In this document: in pieces, positions 1 through 12,260 of the stretch
How positions within the stretch are numbered: position 1 is the first letter of the stretch
How the letters are laid out: each line of letters starts with the position of its first letter
DNA from: Heptranchias perlo
Taxonomy: Eukaryota
Length of the DNA stretch: 64,000 bases
Assembly (NCBI RefSeq): GCF_035084215.1
Contig: NW_027138407.1
Span: 868,001-932,000, forward strand
Direction: 5' to 3'
Translations under genes and position numbers: made by a program
The notes under the pieces: model-generated
What the model was told of the DNA's origin: nothing
Database searches by the model: none
The model's input: only the letters and a program-made list of their open reading frames with translations

Positions 1-300
1 TAGAATAGCAGCAATCTGTACAATAACACAGAGCAGGCAAAGTGGGTCAGAGCGAAAGCAGCAAACGGAAGCTGTGGGCGGGGCTGCCGCAGACTCAAAA
101 ATGAGCGAACTCAAAACTCTTTGTACTGGCAGAAAGTCCGTGGCGCCACTCAGCTGCACTTGGAGCTGATGGAACGGAAAGTGCAATGGTTGGGTCTTAA
201 GAAGTCTGTGGCCAAACTGCTCCTGCTCACTGTTCAAGTGACTGGGTGCAAATCGAGTGGGAGGGTGATGAAGAGTTTCGTGACAGCCATAAAAGGAGCT
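1..300 (-). pseudogene. Leader/promoter remnant of a minus-strand TCR V gene whose V exon lies left of the window; paralog of 20798-21060
   Basis: 1-300 aligns by eye with 20821-21060. The reverse strand reads gtg TTA TTG TAC AGA TTG CTG CTA TTC, versus ATG TTA TTA GAG AGA TTG CTG TTG CTC at 20840, so the start appears changed to GTG. Confidence 0.55.
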
Positions 301-304
301 GATT

Positions 305-850
305 TCATCAACCGCGCCTGTGCTGGCTCATTGAATGACCTATCCGATTATTCCCACTCCCCTGCTCTATCACTAAATTTTCTTTTACAGGTATATTTCG
401 AATTCCCTTGTGAAGCTTGCCATTGAATCTGCTTCCACCAGCCTTTAACGCAATGCATTCCAGATCATAACAACTCTCTGCATAAAAATATTTCACCTCA
501 TCTCCCCCCGGCTTTTTTGCCAATTATCTTAAATCCGTGACCTTTGCTTACCGACACTTCTGGCAGTGCAAATGGTTTCTCCCTTTCTACTCCACCAAAA
601 CCCTCATAATTTTTAACGCTTCTATCAAATCTCTCCTTAGACTTCTCTGCTCTATTGAGAAAAATCCGAGTTTCTCTAGTCTCTCCATATAACTGAAATC
701 CCTCAATCCTGGTACCATTCTGATAAATATCCTATGCACTCTCCCCAAGGTCTTGACGTCCTTTCTAAAGTGTAGTGCCAGTATTGGGCACTATAAGCTA
801 GCTGTTCACTAACCAGTGATTTGTATATGTTTACCAGAACTTCCTTGCTT
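305..850 (-). mobile_element. CR1-like LINE 3' fragment
   Basis: Reverse strand carries the gagttgttatgatctggaatgca...gaagcagattc CR1 ORF2 C-terminal sequence that recurs throughout the window. Confidence 0.8.
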
Positions 851-995
851 ATACAACATCAAAAATGACGACCAGATTTAGTCAACTCTAATTTAGATTT
901 TTGAGAGACTATATCTGGCTCTCGTATTTTTATATATGATGCATAAACACCAAACACACTCATTGACCTCGTCCTAAAGCAGATATAACAGAATC

Positions 996-1089
996 CGCCG
1001 GCAGGTGGCGCCAAACGCAAGCATGGTAATTAGAAAGTCGTGTGGTGCAAAAACCAGAGCGAAAAGCGATCGTAACCTCTGTGACGTCA
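996..1089 (+). promoter_or_regulatory. V promoter: CTCF-like site (996-1013) and CRE TGACGTCA (1082-1089)
   Basis: cgccggcaggtggcgcca and a perfect TGACGTCA lie about 200 and 120 bp upstream of ATG 1207. CRE motifs are known features of TCR V promoters. Confidence 0.6.
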
Positions 1090-1206
1090 CCATCCGGCAC
1101 GCCCCTGCAGTGTGTGGATGGAACAATGAGCTGAACAGGGTTGCCTCTCTCCTTCTCAACGTCTGGCTTATTTAATTCCCAGTCACTCTGAGGGATTCAG
1201 TCAGAC

Positions 1207-1736
1207 ATGTTTCTAATAATACTGGCGGCCGTGTTGAACAGTAAGTACTGGATTGTATTAAAGAACACGGGTTAGCAGATTGATGCAAAGAGCTTGTGCG
1301 GGGATTTAGTGCAATTACCGATCAGAGATGTCCATATGATGGACAGCTGGGTGGATGGAAGGTTACGCACACTCTCACAGATAGACAGAAGTTAAGATCG
1401 ATCCTGTCTAACCTCCTGTTCTTTTGTTCCCCTATATTCACAGGCGGACAATGTGCAGATCTAGTCACACAGTCTCCGGTGACAATAGACGTGTCAGAAG
1501 GGGGTTCGGTACAGTTACATTGCGAATATATGGATCCAGGTATTTACTCCATGCAATGGTATCGGCAGAACCCGACACAGCCTCCAAGCTGGTTAATTAG
1601 CAAAGTAGTAGCACTGAAGGGAGACGAAATCTCAGGACCACATCTGGCTGCTGCTGATGAGTCTAAAAAGTACGGGTATCTCAATATAAGCGGCCTGAGT
1701 ATGGAGGACGGGGCGGTCTATTACTGTGCAGTGAGG
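1207..1736 (+). CDS. TCR alpha/delta-type V segment, family A, intact (leader 1207-1240, V exon 1444-1736)
   Basis: Leader MFLIILAAVLN|gtaagt; acceptor cacag; exon ADLVTQSP..VQLHC..MQWYRQ..EDGAVYYCAVR with canonical Cys-Trp-Cys. Confidence 0.93.
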
Positions 1737-1775
1737 CACAGCGTCAGATAAAAGCAAAGGCCCCGTACAAAATCC
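1737..1775 (+). other. 23-RSS
   Basis: CACAGCG + 23 nt + ACAAAATCC directly after YYCAVR. Confidence 0.9.
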
Positions 1776-2424
1776 TCAGCGAGTATTTACAGCTTCATTA
1801 ACTGTTACTTGGTGCTTTTATCTGTGGGGTTAGTTTAATCCCAAACCCACGAATCCCAAAGGCTGTCAGGTTTCTAAATCAAAGAGTTTTATTCTTTTCT
1901 TTGACCAAATCAGCAGAGGAACAGTTTTTGAAATCTGGACAATTGTCTCCTCAGTAAATATGTCGGAGCTCCCCTAGGATACTGGACGTATCAGAAGACA
2001 GTCGATTAACTATGGTTCAGTATTATGGTCTATGCTTCCTGAACTGGTAATTCAAACGGATCCTGGGCAATTGAGACTTTGCCATTTGTTCCTCTTACAA
2101 AATACAGAATGTGCCAAAAGACTGGGAGTAAATATAATCCATGAAACACACACTGACCATTTAAAAATAGACTCATCGGGCAGCACGACCATTATTATCA
2201 ACAAGGAACATTGTGTTTGGTTTAGAATTCGACATAAAATAGCAGAATGTTTGAATATGTTGACCATGCTTGTCTGATATTAAAGAGTAAACTCAGACCA
2301 GGGGCAGATATTACTAATTGGGAGACTGAGGTGTGTTTCCCAAGGGCGGTGTTGTAAAACACCCAGCACTTTGATAACGGCGCAGAACACAAGCGGGCAA
2401 CCCCTCCACTCCCGCACCCCGACA

Positions 2425-2740
2425 AATCTTTGCACGGTCTCCATCAGTTTTCCACTGATCTTTGCCGCATTTTGTCTCCATCGCACAGAAATAGGTGGCA
2501 GTGTCTGTCACTCGAGCGCCGCTAAATTTCGAGCACTGCTGTTCTCTGCTAACCCGAACCGAGCCGGGATCCAGTGCTGATCGCTTGTACCGGTCGCTAG
2601 GTTCTGCACGGTTCGGTCCGGGTTTTGTCTGTACCATTGCAGGAGCTCTCCTCCGACTGTTGTGGAACAATTCAACGATGCAGTCTCTCCCTCATTGAAT
2701 CGAGAAACTGCGACACCTCTTCACTGCCAGTGGCATCTGA
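2425..2740 (-). pseudogene. TCR V pseudogene (frameshifted, degenerate RSS)
   Basis: Reverse strand gives acceptor ttctcag, then SLNCSTTVGGELLQWYRQNPDR and, in another frame, VTDTATYFCAMET. A CR1 fragment sits in the upstream intron position. Confidence 0.8.
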
Positions 2741-2834
2741 GAAGCAATAATATAATAATATATAATATAAATAATGTACGGTAATATAATATAATATAAT
2801 ATTAAATAATATACTTTAAATAATGTAACACACC

Positions 2835-3085
2835 TGGGGATGCAATATAAACGGAATAGTCCAATTTTAAAGTGGGTGCAGGAAAAGAGAGACCTGGGGG
2901 TGTGTGTACACAAATCTTTGAAGGTAGCAGGACAACTTGAGAAGGCTGTTAAAAATGCATATGAAATCCTGAGCTTTATTATTAGAGGCATAGATTGCAA
3001 AAATATTGAAGTTATGCTAAACCTTTATAAAACACTTGTTGGGCCTCAGTTGGAGTATTGTGTTCAATTCTGGGCAGCACACGTT
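2835..3085 (+). mobile_element. CR1-like LINE ORF2 fragment
   Basis: RDLGVCVHKSLK...LYKTLVGPQLEYCVQFW, the typical CR1 RT C-terminal region. Confidence 0.85.
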
Positions 3086-4296
3086 TGGTGCCGCTGACAG
3101 GCCGCTGTTTCCCGCTGTCACGTTACACCAATAAATACTGACTGACACTTTCTCAATATAATTTAACGTGACATTGTTTATTGTGCAATAATTTCATTAG
3201 TTAGTTAAGTGTAAATGAGCTGAGCACCTCAAGAACCTTCGGATCGGCTGCAGTTTTGTTCTATTTCCCAGCGCTACTTTCAGTCCCTGGTTTCAACCCA
3301 CTTCAATGACGACGATTTTGCTAACTATCGAATAACATAATAATTCTGCAATTCCTTTCGCGAGCCTGGTTGCCCCGAATTTGTAACGGTTGTGAAAGTA
3401 ACGCAGCACCTTACAGAGATACAATGCTCTATAATTTCCGAAGGGGACATTATTATTGAATTCAGTTCCTTGCAGATGGATCCTACGTCTGCCATTCAAT
3501 CCTTTTGACCCTGTCAATGTGACCATCCTCTGTAAAGTGAATCCAATCGCTGGCGGGCATCCCACGTGTTCTCCACTGCATTCCATGCACATGTTGTTGG
3601 ACTCCCAGTATTCTTTCAAATTCATCTGTAACTATTCCAACACTATTCATGAATATGTACAATACTTTACAATATTCGATTAAATTTCATGAGCCATAAT
3701 CGTCTTTTATATTTTTCTCTCTCGGGCCGGGGAGTGTACTCACCAGGACAGTTAGTGTTGATTTTCTCCACATTTGGTAGCCTCAGGTGCCTTATAAGGT
3801 AACCTGTCTGACACACTGCGCATCCTATTTCCCAAACAGAAAAGGAGGGGCCTCCATCCCTTTCGCCTGGGGCTGAATTTGAACACAGAATCCCAGAGGG
3901 TGAAACGATCGTTTCGGACCCATTGCAAGGACCCGATTCTCCACCAGAATGAACAGACACCAATCGCTTTTGCCGTTTACAAAGTCAAACGAGGCCGAAT
4001 ATTCTTCATGTCAGCGAGAAGCACGTCAGTCCTCTGATTATTGGATGCTGGAGAACAAAGATGGCTGCCTTTGCCAGTCGCTGGCAAATTAAATCATCGA
4101 TTACCGAATCAAACAAAGTTATATACAGATTTTCAGTCAATCCCTGTCGCAGGCATTTCAAAACCAATATCCTGAAATGCGATGCATCGAATTGGGAAAT
4201 TGACCATTTTATTTTCATGTAACTCTTCTGACTTAAGAAGACAGGATTAGAAAGCATACCTATTGACGGTGTTGCATGTCTCTCTTTTATTAACAG

Positions 4297-4606
4297 GGGC
4301 CAGAGGTGATGATGGGATATCACGAACCGAGCAGTTGAGGGCGGTGGAGGGACAATTGGTTGAAATCCGGTGCGACCACCTTTAACACTGAAAGGATTAT
4401 GTGATAATGGAAATTACTGGGCTGGGCACCGGAATTTAAAATCTTCGCCTTCCAGGATAATACAACCGACGGAAGCGGACTGTTCGAGGCATTTGTTGAC
4501 AGAAAGAAAGGTTGTAACATTTGTACGAGCAGCTCCAGACTCCAGCATAAATTACCGTGGGATGCAATACATTGGAACAAATGTGGAGACATCATGTACA
4601 ATAGTT
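4297..4606 (+). pseudogene. Degenerate TCR V relic with 23-RSS (related to family C)
   Basis: Acceptor taacag, ARGDDGISRTEQLRAVEGQLVEIRC, W.LLGWAPEFKIF, DSSINYRGMQ (decayed DS.IYYC); TACATTG (4568) + 23 + ACAATAGTT (4598). Confidence 0.7.
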
Positions 4607-5439
4607 CTCGTCCTTCTCAATCATCGAGTTCAGGACATTCAGCCTTACCGCCTTGAGTGTCCCTTTACAAAAAAACGTTCAGAATTGCAGCATTGTCATT
4701 TAGTGACATTGGACTAAGATCTAAAGGACTGAAGAAAGGTTAATTGTGTCGCCACTTTAAGTGGACACACTTGTAGAAATCACAGAGGGGCTGGGGCTAC
4801 TCAGTAACCGTGATTTCACTGGGATACATCAAATATGATCGTTTCATATCATTACAAAACTCACTTAGGGAGGTCCAGAGGGTCGTCAAGGCAACAAGGG
4901 ATGTGGAATAAATTCAGGCCTTGACACCGACGTCCTCATCCACAGAATGAATCTTAACAATGTGTATAACGTTTTATGGCATTTTCATTTTTATTATTTA
5001 ATGTCACTTCAAATGAAATAAATACAAATGGAAGTTGTCACAACATTTACATCCGTGATGGGTTAATTTCTCCCCGCAGTTAACATCCACTCCACAGTAT
5101 AATAAATAGAAAAGAAATTACAAATATTTCAAGGTCTGAAAACTCAGTTTGACAAATTCGACGGGCAAACATTTACTAGGATCCGCCACAAGGTGGCGCG
5201 CCGACCCGCCAGGTATTTTCACCCTGACACACGACTTAAAGGACAATCAGAAATTGCCAAGTGGAGAATACGGATACAGGGTCTAAAGGGAAATCATAAA
5301 TTACCGTTTCTGATCTTCTTATACAACGGAAGCAGAGAGACCACAGACCATACGGACTTCACAGTAAATATAATGTAGACGAAACCGAAATGAAATATAA
5401 AGTAAATATTCATTTAAAGGAGCAAAGGAGGAAAATGTT

Positions 5440-6185
5440 TAGGGGTTCAGATCCAGGAAGTAGGGAACAAGCTGATGATGCTACAAAAGGCATTAAAGGA
5501 TCCGAGGTTTATAAACGGGGCACGGTTTGCAATATACACAAAGATTTAATGCTGAACCTCCACACATCATTGGTGAGGCCACAGTTAGAATATATGGGTC
5601 AGTTTTGGGTTCTCTTCATTAGGATGATATTAGAGCCAGGGGCAGGGTGCAGGAAAGATTGGGAAAGATGAACAGGGATGAGAGACCAGTTCTGAACGTA
5701 GATTTGAGCAACGGGAGATCAGAACAGAGAAGTTCAAGAAGTGGTCTGACAGAGGGGCTCGTAATTAGGAAAGGTTATAAAAAGACGTAGTTAATCTGAC
5801 TGGTCATAGAGTGCGTAACTAGATGGCATCATTTCAGAACAACACTAACTTAACGGAGAGAGAGGTTAGAAGATTCTATTACTTTTCCGCCGAGGATTGT
5901 TAGGGGATGGGATGGCCGAAGAGCAGCGATGGAAGCAGAATCTGTAATCAAGTTTAAGAGCCAAGTGGATAAATGTTCGAAAAAGAGAAATGAAACAAAA
6001 AAAGTTATTGGAAAAAGGCAGGGGATTGGGATAAGTGGTTACATATTTGAAAAAGAGAAATTAGATATGAATTATATGGGAAAACGTGAGAGGATTCAGA
6101 CTAAGTGGAGAGCTCTTTTGGTGAGTCAGCACAGAGGTGGTGGGCCGAATGGCCTCTCCCTCTGCTGTATAATTCTTCGGTTCTA
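5440..6185 (+). mobile_element. Old CR1-like LINE 3' fragment
   Basis: LHTSLVRPQLEYMGQFW, and a gggccgaatggcct tail. Confidence 0.75.
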
Positions 6186-6321
6186 AGAGCGCGATGACTA
6201 TTTCGCTTAGAAATGCAACAGAAAGCAAATCTTCCTGACCCATTTAATCTGACCTTACATACAGCGACCAGACAACTCCGTTCACAGCGACGGTTCAAGA
6301 ATTCCTTGGTTTGAGAATCAG

Positions 6322-6353
6322 CCAATCCCTGGGCGGGACTCTGAATGACGTCA
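6322..6353 (+). promoter_or_regulatory. V promoter: CCAAT, GC box and CRE
   Basis: CCAAT at 6322, GGGCGG at 6331 and TGACGTCA at 6346-6353, about 180 bp upstream of ATG 6532. Confidence 0.6.
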
Positions 6354-6531
6354 GGCGCATCATCCCATATTAGGCCGCTTGGTGAGACTGTCGCCCATCA
6401 GACTTAATCTGCACGGGAGAATGTAAAGCTCTCCCCTCTCCTCCTCCTCCCCACCATTGCAAGTCTTGGCAGCAAGTTCTACTCTGGAAATCAGGCCCTT
6501 ATTGATCCGCCTTTTGTCGAACTTCCTCGTC

Positions 6532-6957
6532 ATGAACAGAACTCTCCGCAAAGTCCTATTTCCAGTTGGAGCCCTGGTGCTACTGATGTTGTGTGAGTTT
6601 ATGTAACTGGTTCGTCGCCTTGTTTTACCAATCTCTTAATGCCTTGTTTGTTGAGTGACTTTGTTTTGTTCACAGCCATTCGGTGCGAGGATCGGAGCTC
6701 AAACCCGGAGCAGGTGATGTTTCGGGAAGGGGAACGGGCTGAACTGGACTGCCTGCTCTCCGTTGGTACTGGTGATAGGGTATTCTGGTACAGACAACCG
6801 CTGACAGGGGCGCCGACATTTATCGGTTCCATATATCAGGGGAGTGAAACTACAGGACGTTACAAACTGTCCTTTGACCGAACAAGTCAGTCCAACACCA
6901 TCTCTATAGATGGCATCGCGGCCAGAGACGCCGGGGTGTATTACTGTGCGATGGGGA
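6532..6957 (+). CDS. TCR alpha/delta-type V segment, family B, intact (leader 6532-6592, V exon 6676-6957)
   Basis: MNRTLRKVLFPVGALVLLML|gtgagt; cacag acceptor; AELDC..VFWYRQ..RDAGVYYCAMG. Confidence 0.92.
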
Positions 6958-6996
6958 CACACTGAGGCAAATAGCGGATGCAGCTGCACAATATCT
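6958..6996 (+). other. 23-RSS
   Basis: CACACTG + 23 + ACAATATCT. Confidence 0.85.
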
Positions 6997-7349
6997 TGCT
7001 TGCTGGCGTGTCTCCACTGCACCGTTAAACGCTCCTCAAATCAAGACATTTAGAAGTGCTAGTGATATTAAAAAGGCTACTGACAGAGGGATAAAGCTCG
7101 AACATCCTATGGCTAAAATCATAATTACAGTGCAACGAAACATATTAACTGAGATTTTCTATGTTTGGTTGTAGTACATAGAGAGTAAATAGGCGAACAG
7201 TCTTTGATCTGTGCCTCACACACTTGATAGATGGATATATATATATATAGATGTATAGATAGACAGACAGACAGATGTTCATTCTGCCTGTATCCGCCAC
7301 TTTATTTAATTCTCCTTGCACATATCAGTCTGTTAATTTTTTGTTCTTA

Positions 7350-7630
7350 CATTGGCTGCTGATCCTGGTCTTTCGGAAACATTCCAAATATTGAGTATCG
7401 AAGAACCAACTCTAGTTTCGCTATAAATGAACTTGGAACCTGGTACCGGCAGTTCTCCCATCAAGCTCCCCGGCATCTCATCACACTCAGAGAAGGAGTT
7501 CAGAGAAGGTTCAGAGTATCTGTGGACCGTGAGAAAAGCTGTTAACAAGGCCCAACTGTCAGACGCTGCGGTGAATTACAGTGCCGTGAGACGCGGTGAA
7601 GCAAAAGAGCGAGGATCCGAAACACGATCT
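7350..7630 (+). pseudogene. Degenerate TCR V relic
   Basis: TWYRQFSHQAPRHLI..RFRVSVDREK, a frameshift, then AQLSDAAVNYSAVR; CGCGGTG (7592) + 23 + ACACGATCT. Confidence 0.75.
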
Positions 7631-8098
7631 CACTCAGCCCATGTATTTCAGAAGCGAGTGCCGTGCAAGCGACATACTCGCATTCGTATAAAGTAAAAAA
7701 AAAGAAGTTTAAAACAAAGTATGTTTGAGCTGTTCTAGTTACAAATACACACCAGAGAAACTGTGGCTCTTATTGGAACAAATTAGGTTCAGAGGAGATC
7801 TGATAGATATGGTCAACATTGTAACAGTTTGCGAGAAAGGAATTTGTGGAAAACCTGCCATTGGGCGTTGCGTCGGTCACAAAAGTGAGTAAAACTCAGA
7901 TCATCACAGTAATAGTTTTCACATTGGAAGTGGATAAGTATATATATGAAGAAACAAATAACAGAATGTGCTGAAAAGGCGGGGCAATGAGACTGAGTGG
8001 ATGGGTACTTCAGCCGCGAGGGGCTGATGCTCCCAATGGTCCAAGGACAGGGGAAGGGAGCGAGTATGTGGCTCATTCAGAGAGAAGCCGCTGAACCG

Positions 8099-8554
8099 AT
8101 GCAGCCAATAGCCTTCTGCAATGTGCTCCCTGTATTGTGTGCCTGCATATTAAATGATGTTGATTTGCAGGTTGTTTGAGCGATTAGATCCAATCTATTG
8201 GTTTTCACTCTCTATCAATAACCATTAAGCCATTATTGACCATATTTACCATGTTTTCTCAGACGGTTGCCGTGCAGATGAAGTGCTGCAGTCGCCGGTT
8301 TCCAAAACGGTCCGGCCGGGAGATCCGGCGCAGTTCGATTGCAGCTACACATCCTCGGAGATATTTGCCTTCCACTGGTACAAGGACAGCCTGAGTGGAC
8401 GACTGGAGCGTGTCATGTCCAGCACAAGGAGCGGCAAAGATGTGGTTGGACGATTGGAGATCATGCTTGAAACTACCGAACGGCGAGGCTATTTCGCTTT
8501 CAGAAGGGTGGAGACGCCGGACTCCGCGGTGTATTACTGTGTAATCCAGGCACT
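8099..8554 (+). CDS. TCR V segment, family D; open V exon 8263-8554, leader donor apparently mutated (ORF/pseudogene)
   Basis: Exon DEVLQSP..AQFDCSY..FHWYKD..DSAVYYCVIQA. The putative leader MQPIAFCNVLPVLCACILN is followed by g|atgttg where a phase-1 GT donor is expected. Confidence 0.8.
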
Positions 8555-8593
8555 CACTGTGACAGCAATTAGCAACACTGCTGTACAAAAACC
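8555..8593 (+). other. 23-RSS with consensus nonamer
   Basis: CACTGTG + 23 + ACAAAAACC. Confidence 0.92.
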
Positions 8594-8764
8594 TGGCCTC
8601 GGGAGGACTCGCCCTGCTTTACAAATACTCTAAAAAGATCTTCTGTGTCATTTTTCTTTGGGAAACACCTGCCCATTCCTAAGAGAAAAGAACATGCCCG
8701 TTAGGTTAGATGCTAAGAATTTACTTATATTGCTGCCTCTGACTGCTCATTGTTTTAACGATAT

Positions 8765-9266
8765 TACATAGAATTACATAGGTTGTACAACACAGATACA
8801 GGCTAATCGCCCCATCTGGTCTGTGCCGGTGTTTATGCTCCACACGAACATCCTCCCACCTTGCTTCATCTCACCCGATCAACATATCCTTCGACTCCGT
8901 TCTCCCTCACGTGTTTAATTAGCTCCCCCTTAAATGTATCTATGCTATTCACGTCAACTACTCCATATGGTAGCGAGTTCCACATTCTCACCACTCGCTG
9001 GGTAAAGAAGTTCCTCCTGAATTCCATATTGGATTTATTAGTGAATACCTTACTTTAATGGCCCCTAGTTTTGGACTCCCCCACATGTAGAAGCATCTTC
9101 TCTACGTCTACCCTGTCAAATCCCTTCATAATTTTATAGGCCTCTATTAGGTCACCTCTCTGCCGTCTCTTTTCCAGAGTAAAGAATCCCAACCTGTTCA
9201 GTCTTTCCTGTTATTTATAACTTCTCAGGTATGTAACATCCTTGTCATTTTTTTGCACCTTCTCCA
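8765..9266 (-). mobile_element. CR1-like LINE 3' fragment
   Basis: Antisense of the RNFFTQRVVRMWNSLP region and CR1 tail. Confidence 0.85.
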
Positions 9267-9451
9267 GTGGTGGCGCCATATTGATGGTGATCCGATGGGA
9301 AACAATATCAATGAGACATTTTTCTTAGTAATTTATCCCGTTGTTATCCAGCGGGTCTCCCTCTGGACAAGTTTTGTGTGCTTTGTTACCACCTATACCG
9401 CCGCTGGCGTGTGTGTCCATTGCTTTGAAATTTCTTCTACGTTTTATTATG

Positions 9452-9908
9452 ATTGAGCCAGTTGGCTCAGTTGGTTGCATTCCTGCATGTGAGTCAGAAA
9501 GTCGTGGGTTTAAATCCTGCTCCAGAGACTTGAGCACAAAGATCTAGGGTCGCCACTCCCAGTGAAGTACTGATGGAGTGCTGCACTGTCGGAGGTGTGG
9601 TCTTTAGGATGAGACATTAAACGGAGCCCTCTCAAGTGAATGTACAGGATCTCACGGCCATTATTTCCAAAAAGCGCAGGGGAGACCTGCTCGGTAGCTT
9701 GGCCAATATTTATGCCTCATTCAACATCACCAAAACACATTATCAGATCATTATCACGTTGCTGTTTGTGGGATCTTGCTGTGCGCAAATTGGCTGCAAA
9801 GTTTGCTAGATTACAACAGTGACTACACTTCAAAAGTGCACAATTGGCTGTAAAGCGTTTTGGGACTTCCTGAGGTGAAAGGCGCGAATTAAATCCAAGT
9901 CTTTCTTT
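9452..9908 (+). mobile_element. tRNA-derived Deu-domain SINE (SacSINE1/AmnSINE-like)
   Basis: A/B-box head (tggctcagttgg...gggtttaaatcc), Deu core agtactgatggagtgctgcactgtcggaggt..gatgagacattaaac, and tail ...gtgaaaggcgc..aagtctttcttt. Recognised from memory of the consensus. Confidence 0.8.
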
Positions 9909-10774
9909 GATTATTATGATTATTGCTATTATTTATAATTATTTTATTATTATCCTTGTTAGAATCTTGTGCTTTGCTGGTGCAGACTTTTCCCCCTTGC
10001 CGACCCTTCCACTGACAGCCGTTGGACGGTGGTTGGAAACTCACTCCTGGTACTGTATATAGGCTGTATTTCGGGGCCGTGCAGCTGTGCACAGAGCAGA
10101 AAAGCGAAGGCCGCGCCTGTTACACTGCACATCCGCGGGCTCACGCTGTGTCTGCTCCGCTCGCGTAGCCCGAGTACAGCTAAGGGGTTCCTGGAAGCAT
10201 CTGCACTGTTACACCGAGTGAACTCAATGACAGCAACAAGTTAAAGTTTGAGTACAGCCGCGATATATGTTTGCCTACACTTATTAACGTGAACAAAAAC
10301 CATGAGTCTGTTATGTGTCCTTAGTGCAAAGATTAATGTATATTATTCCCACGGTGGTTCTCCCAATCTCCCGTCGTAACGTCGTTGGAAGGTCGGCGTA
10401 AACCCCGCGTTAATTCTACCCCGTAAAGCTCCAATATTTCTTGGTGTTCCAATGGAATGTTTGTCTTTTGAATTAACCTTCAAGTTACTCCGAGTGCCAC
10501 TGAATGTTCTTTTGTGCGGACTCTAATCTAGGAACATAGGAACAAGAGTAGGCCATTCAGCCCCTCGAGCCTGTTCCTACAAGGCAAACGTGTTCCTTTG
10601 CTCCCCACCCCAAGGAACACTTTTATTCTCAAATGAAACTTATTTTGTCTCAATATTCTTCTACAAATCCTGAAATACTTCACTGAAACGCACTACCAAT
10701 TCTGTCTCTTTGTATATCCCGGTGCATTAAGGCTACAAAGCATTTCACCATCATACCTGAAATTAAACGATTAA

Positions 10775-11900
10775 TTACATAAGAATGTACAGTACAGAAA
10801 CAGGCCATTCGACCCAACTTGTCTATGCCGGTGTTTCTGCTCCATATGAGCTTCTTCCCTCCCTACTTCATCTAACTCCATCAACATAATCTTCCATTCC
10901 TTTCTCTCCCATGTGTTTATCTAGATTCCTCTTAAATGCATATATGCTATTCGCCTAAACTACTCCATGCGGTAGCGAGTTCCACATTTATCTGGGCCTC
11001 TTGTTAGAAAATGTTGGGCTGCATGTGACGACTGGTGGGAATACATTGCAAGCCAAGAAATCGTCCGGTACCTGTATGGGGAATCGCTGAAGCAACAAAG
11101 ACCATAAGACCATAAGAGATAGGAGCAGGAGTAGGCCATTCGGCCCCTCGATACTGCTCCGCCATTTAATGAGATCAAGGCTGAACTGATTTATACCTCA
11201 ACTCCACTTTCCTGCCCTTTCCCCATATCCTTTGACTCCCTTGCTGATCAAAAATGTGTCTAACTCAGCATTGAGTGTATTCAATGACTTAGTCTCCACA
11301 GCTTTTTGGGGTAAAGAATTCCAAAAATTCACGAAACTCTGGGAGAAGAAATTCCTCCTCATTTCCGTCTTAAACGGGCGACCCCTTATTCTGAGACTAT
11401 GCCCCCTAGTTTTAGATTCCCCCATGAGGATAACATCCCCTCAGCATCTAACCTATCGAGTTCCCTCAGAATCTTGTATGTTTCAATAAGATCCCTTCTC
11501 ATTCTTCTAAACTCCAATGAGTATGGACACAACCTGTTCAATCTTTCCTCATAAGACAACCCTTCCATACCCGGAATCAACCTAATGAACCTTCTCTGAA
11601 CTGCCTCCAATGCAAGTATGTCCTTCCTTAAATAAGGGCACCAGAACTGTACGCAGTACTCCAGGTGTGGTCTCACCAGCACCCTGTACAGTCGTAGCAC
11701 GACTTCCCTGCTTTTATACTACATCCCCCGAGAAATAAATGTCAATATTCCGTTTGCCTTCCGGATTACCTGCTGCACCTTTATGTTGACTTATTGTGTT
11801 TCTTGTACGAGGACACCCAGATCCCCCTATACCGCAGCATTTTGTAGAATTTCTCCATTCAAATAATATTTTGCTTTTTTATTTTTCCTCTCAAAGTGGA
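10775..11900 (-). mobile_element. CR1-like LINE fragments (at least two pieces)
   Basis: Minus ORFs LYRVLVRPHLEYCVQFWCPYLRKD and TRGHSLRIRGRPFKTEMRRNFFSQ. Confidence 0.9.
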
Positions 11901-11994
11901 AGCTTAACTACCGTGGGGAAAGTGTTATGGGGAAATTAACACAGATGTTGTGAATTATTGGTTCTGGAAATGCTTGTGCACAAAAATAGATTTG

Positions 11995-12260
11995 TGTTCA
12001 ATTTGTTCACCGGATATGGGCATCGCCGGCAAGGCGACAGTTATTGCCCAATGCCTCGTTTTCCTGAGGAGAAGGTGGTGGGCCTTCTTCTTGAATCGAT
12101 TCAGTTCTTGTATGATGGCGCTCCACGATAGTTATGTGGAATTCCAGGGTTTTGATCCAGAGTTGGTGAAAGAACCATGGCAAATGTCCACATCAGGATA
12201 GTGCGTGACTTGCCGACTGACTTGGAAGTGATGATGCTCCAATGATACTGCAGCTCTAGT
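11995..12260 (-). mobile_element. Non-LTR retroelement 3' end (same family as 32935-33303)
   Basis: Reverse-complement similarity to 32935-33303. Confidence 0.65.

Noticed and set aside
3220-3680. Unexplained unique sequence with 75-110 aa ORFs (likewise 26200-27400)
   Set aside because: No motif or homology that I can recognise; it needs a database search.
9253-9456. Hydrophobic ORF resembling a membrane-protein fragment
   Set aside because: No recognisable family or splice context; it starts inside a CR1 fragment.
9452-9530. tRNA gene
   Set aside because: It is the tRNA-derived head of a SINE and continues into the Deu core.
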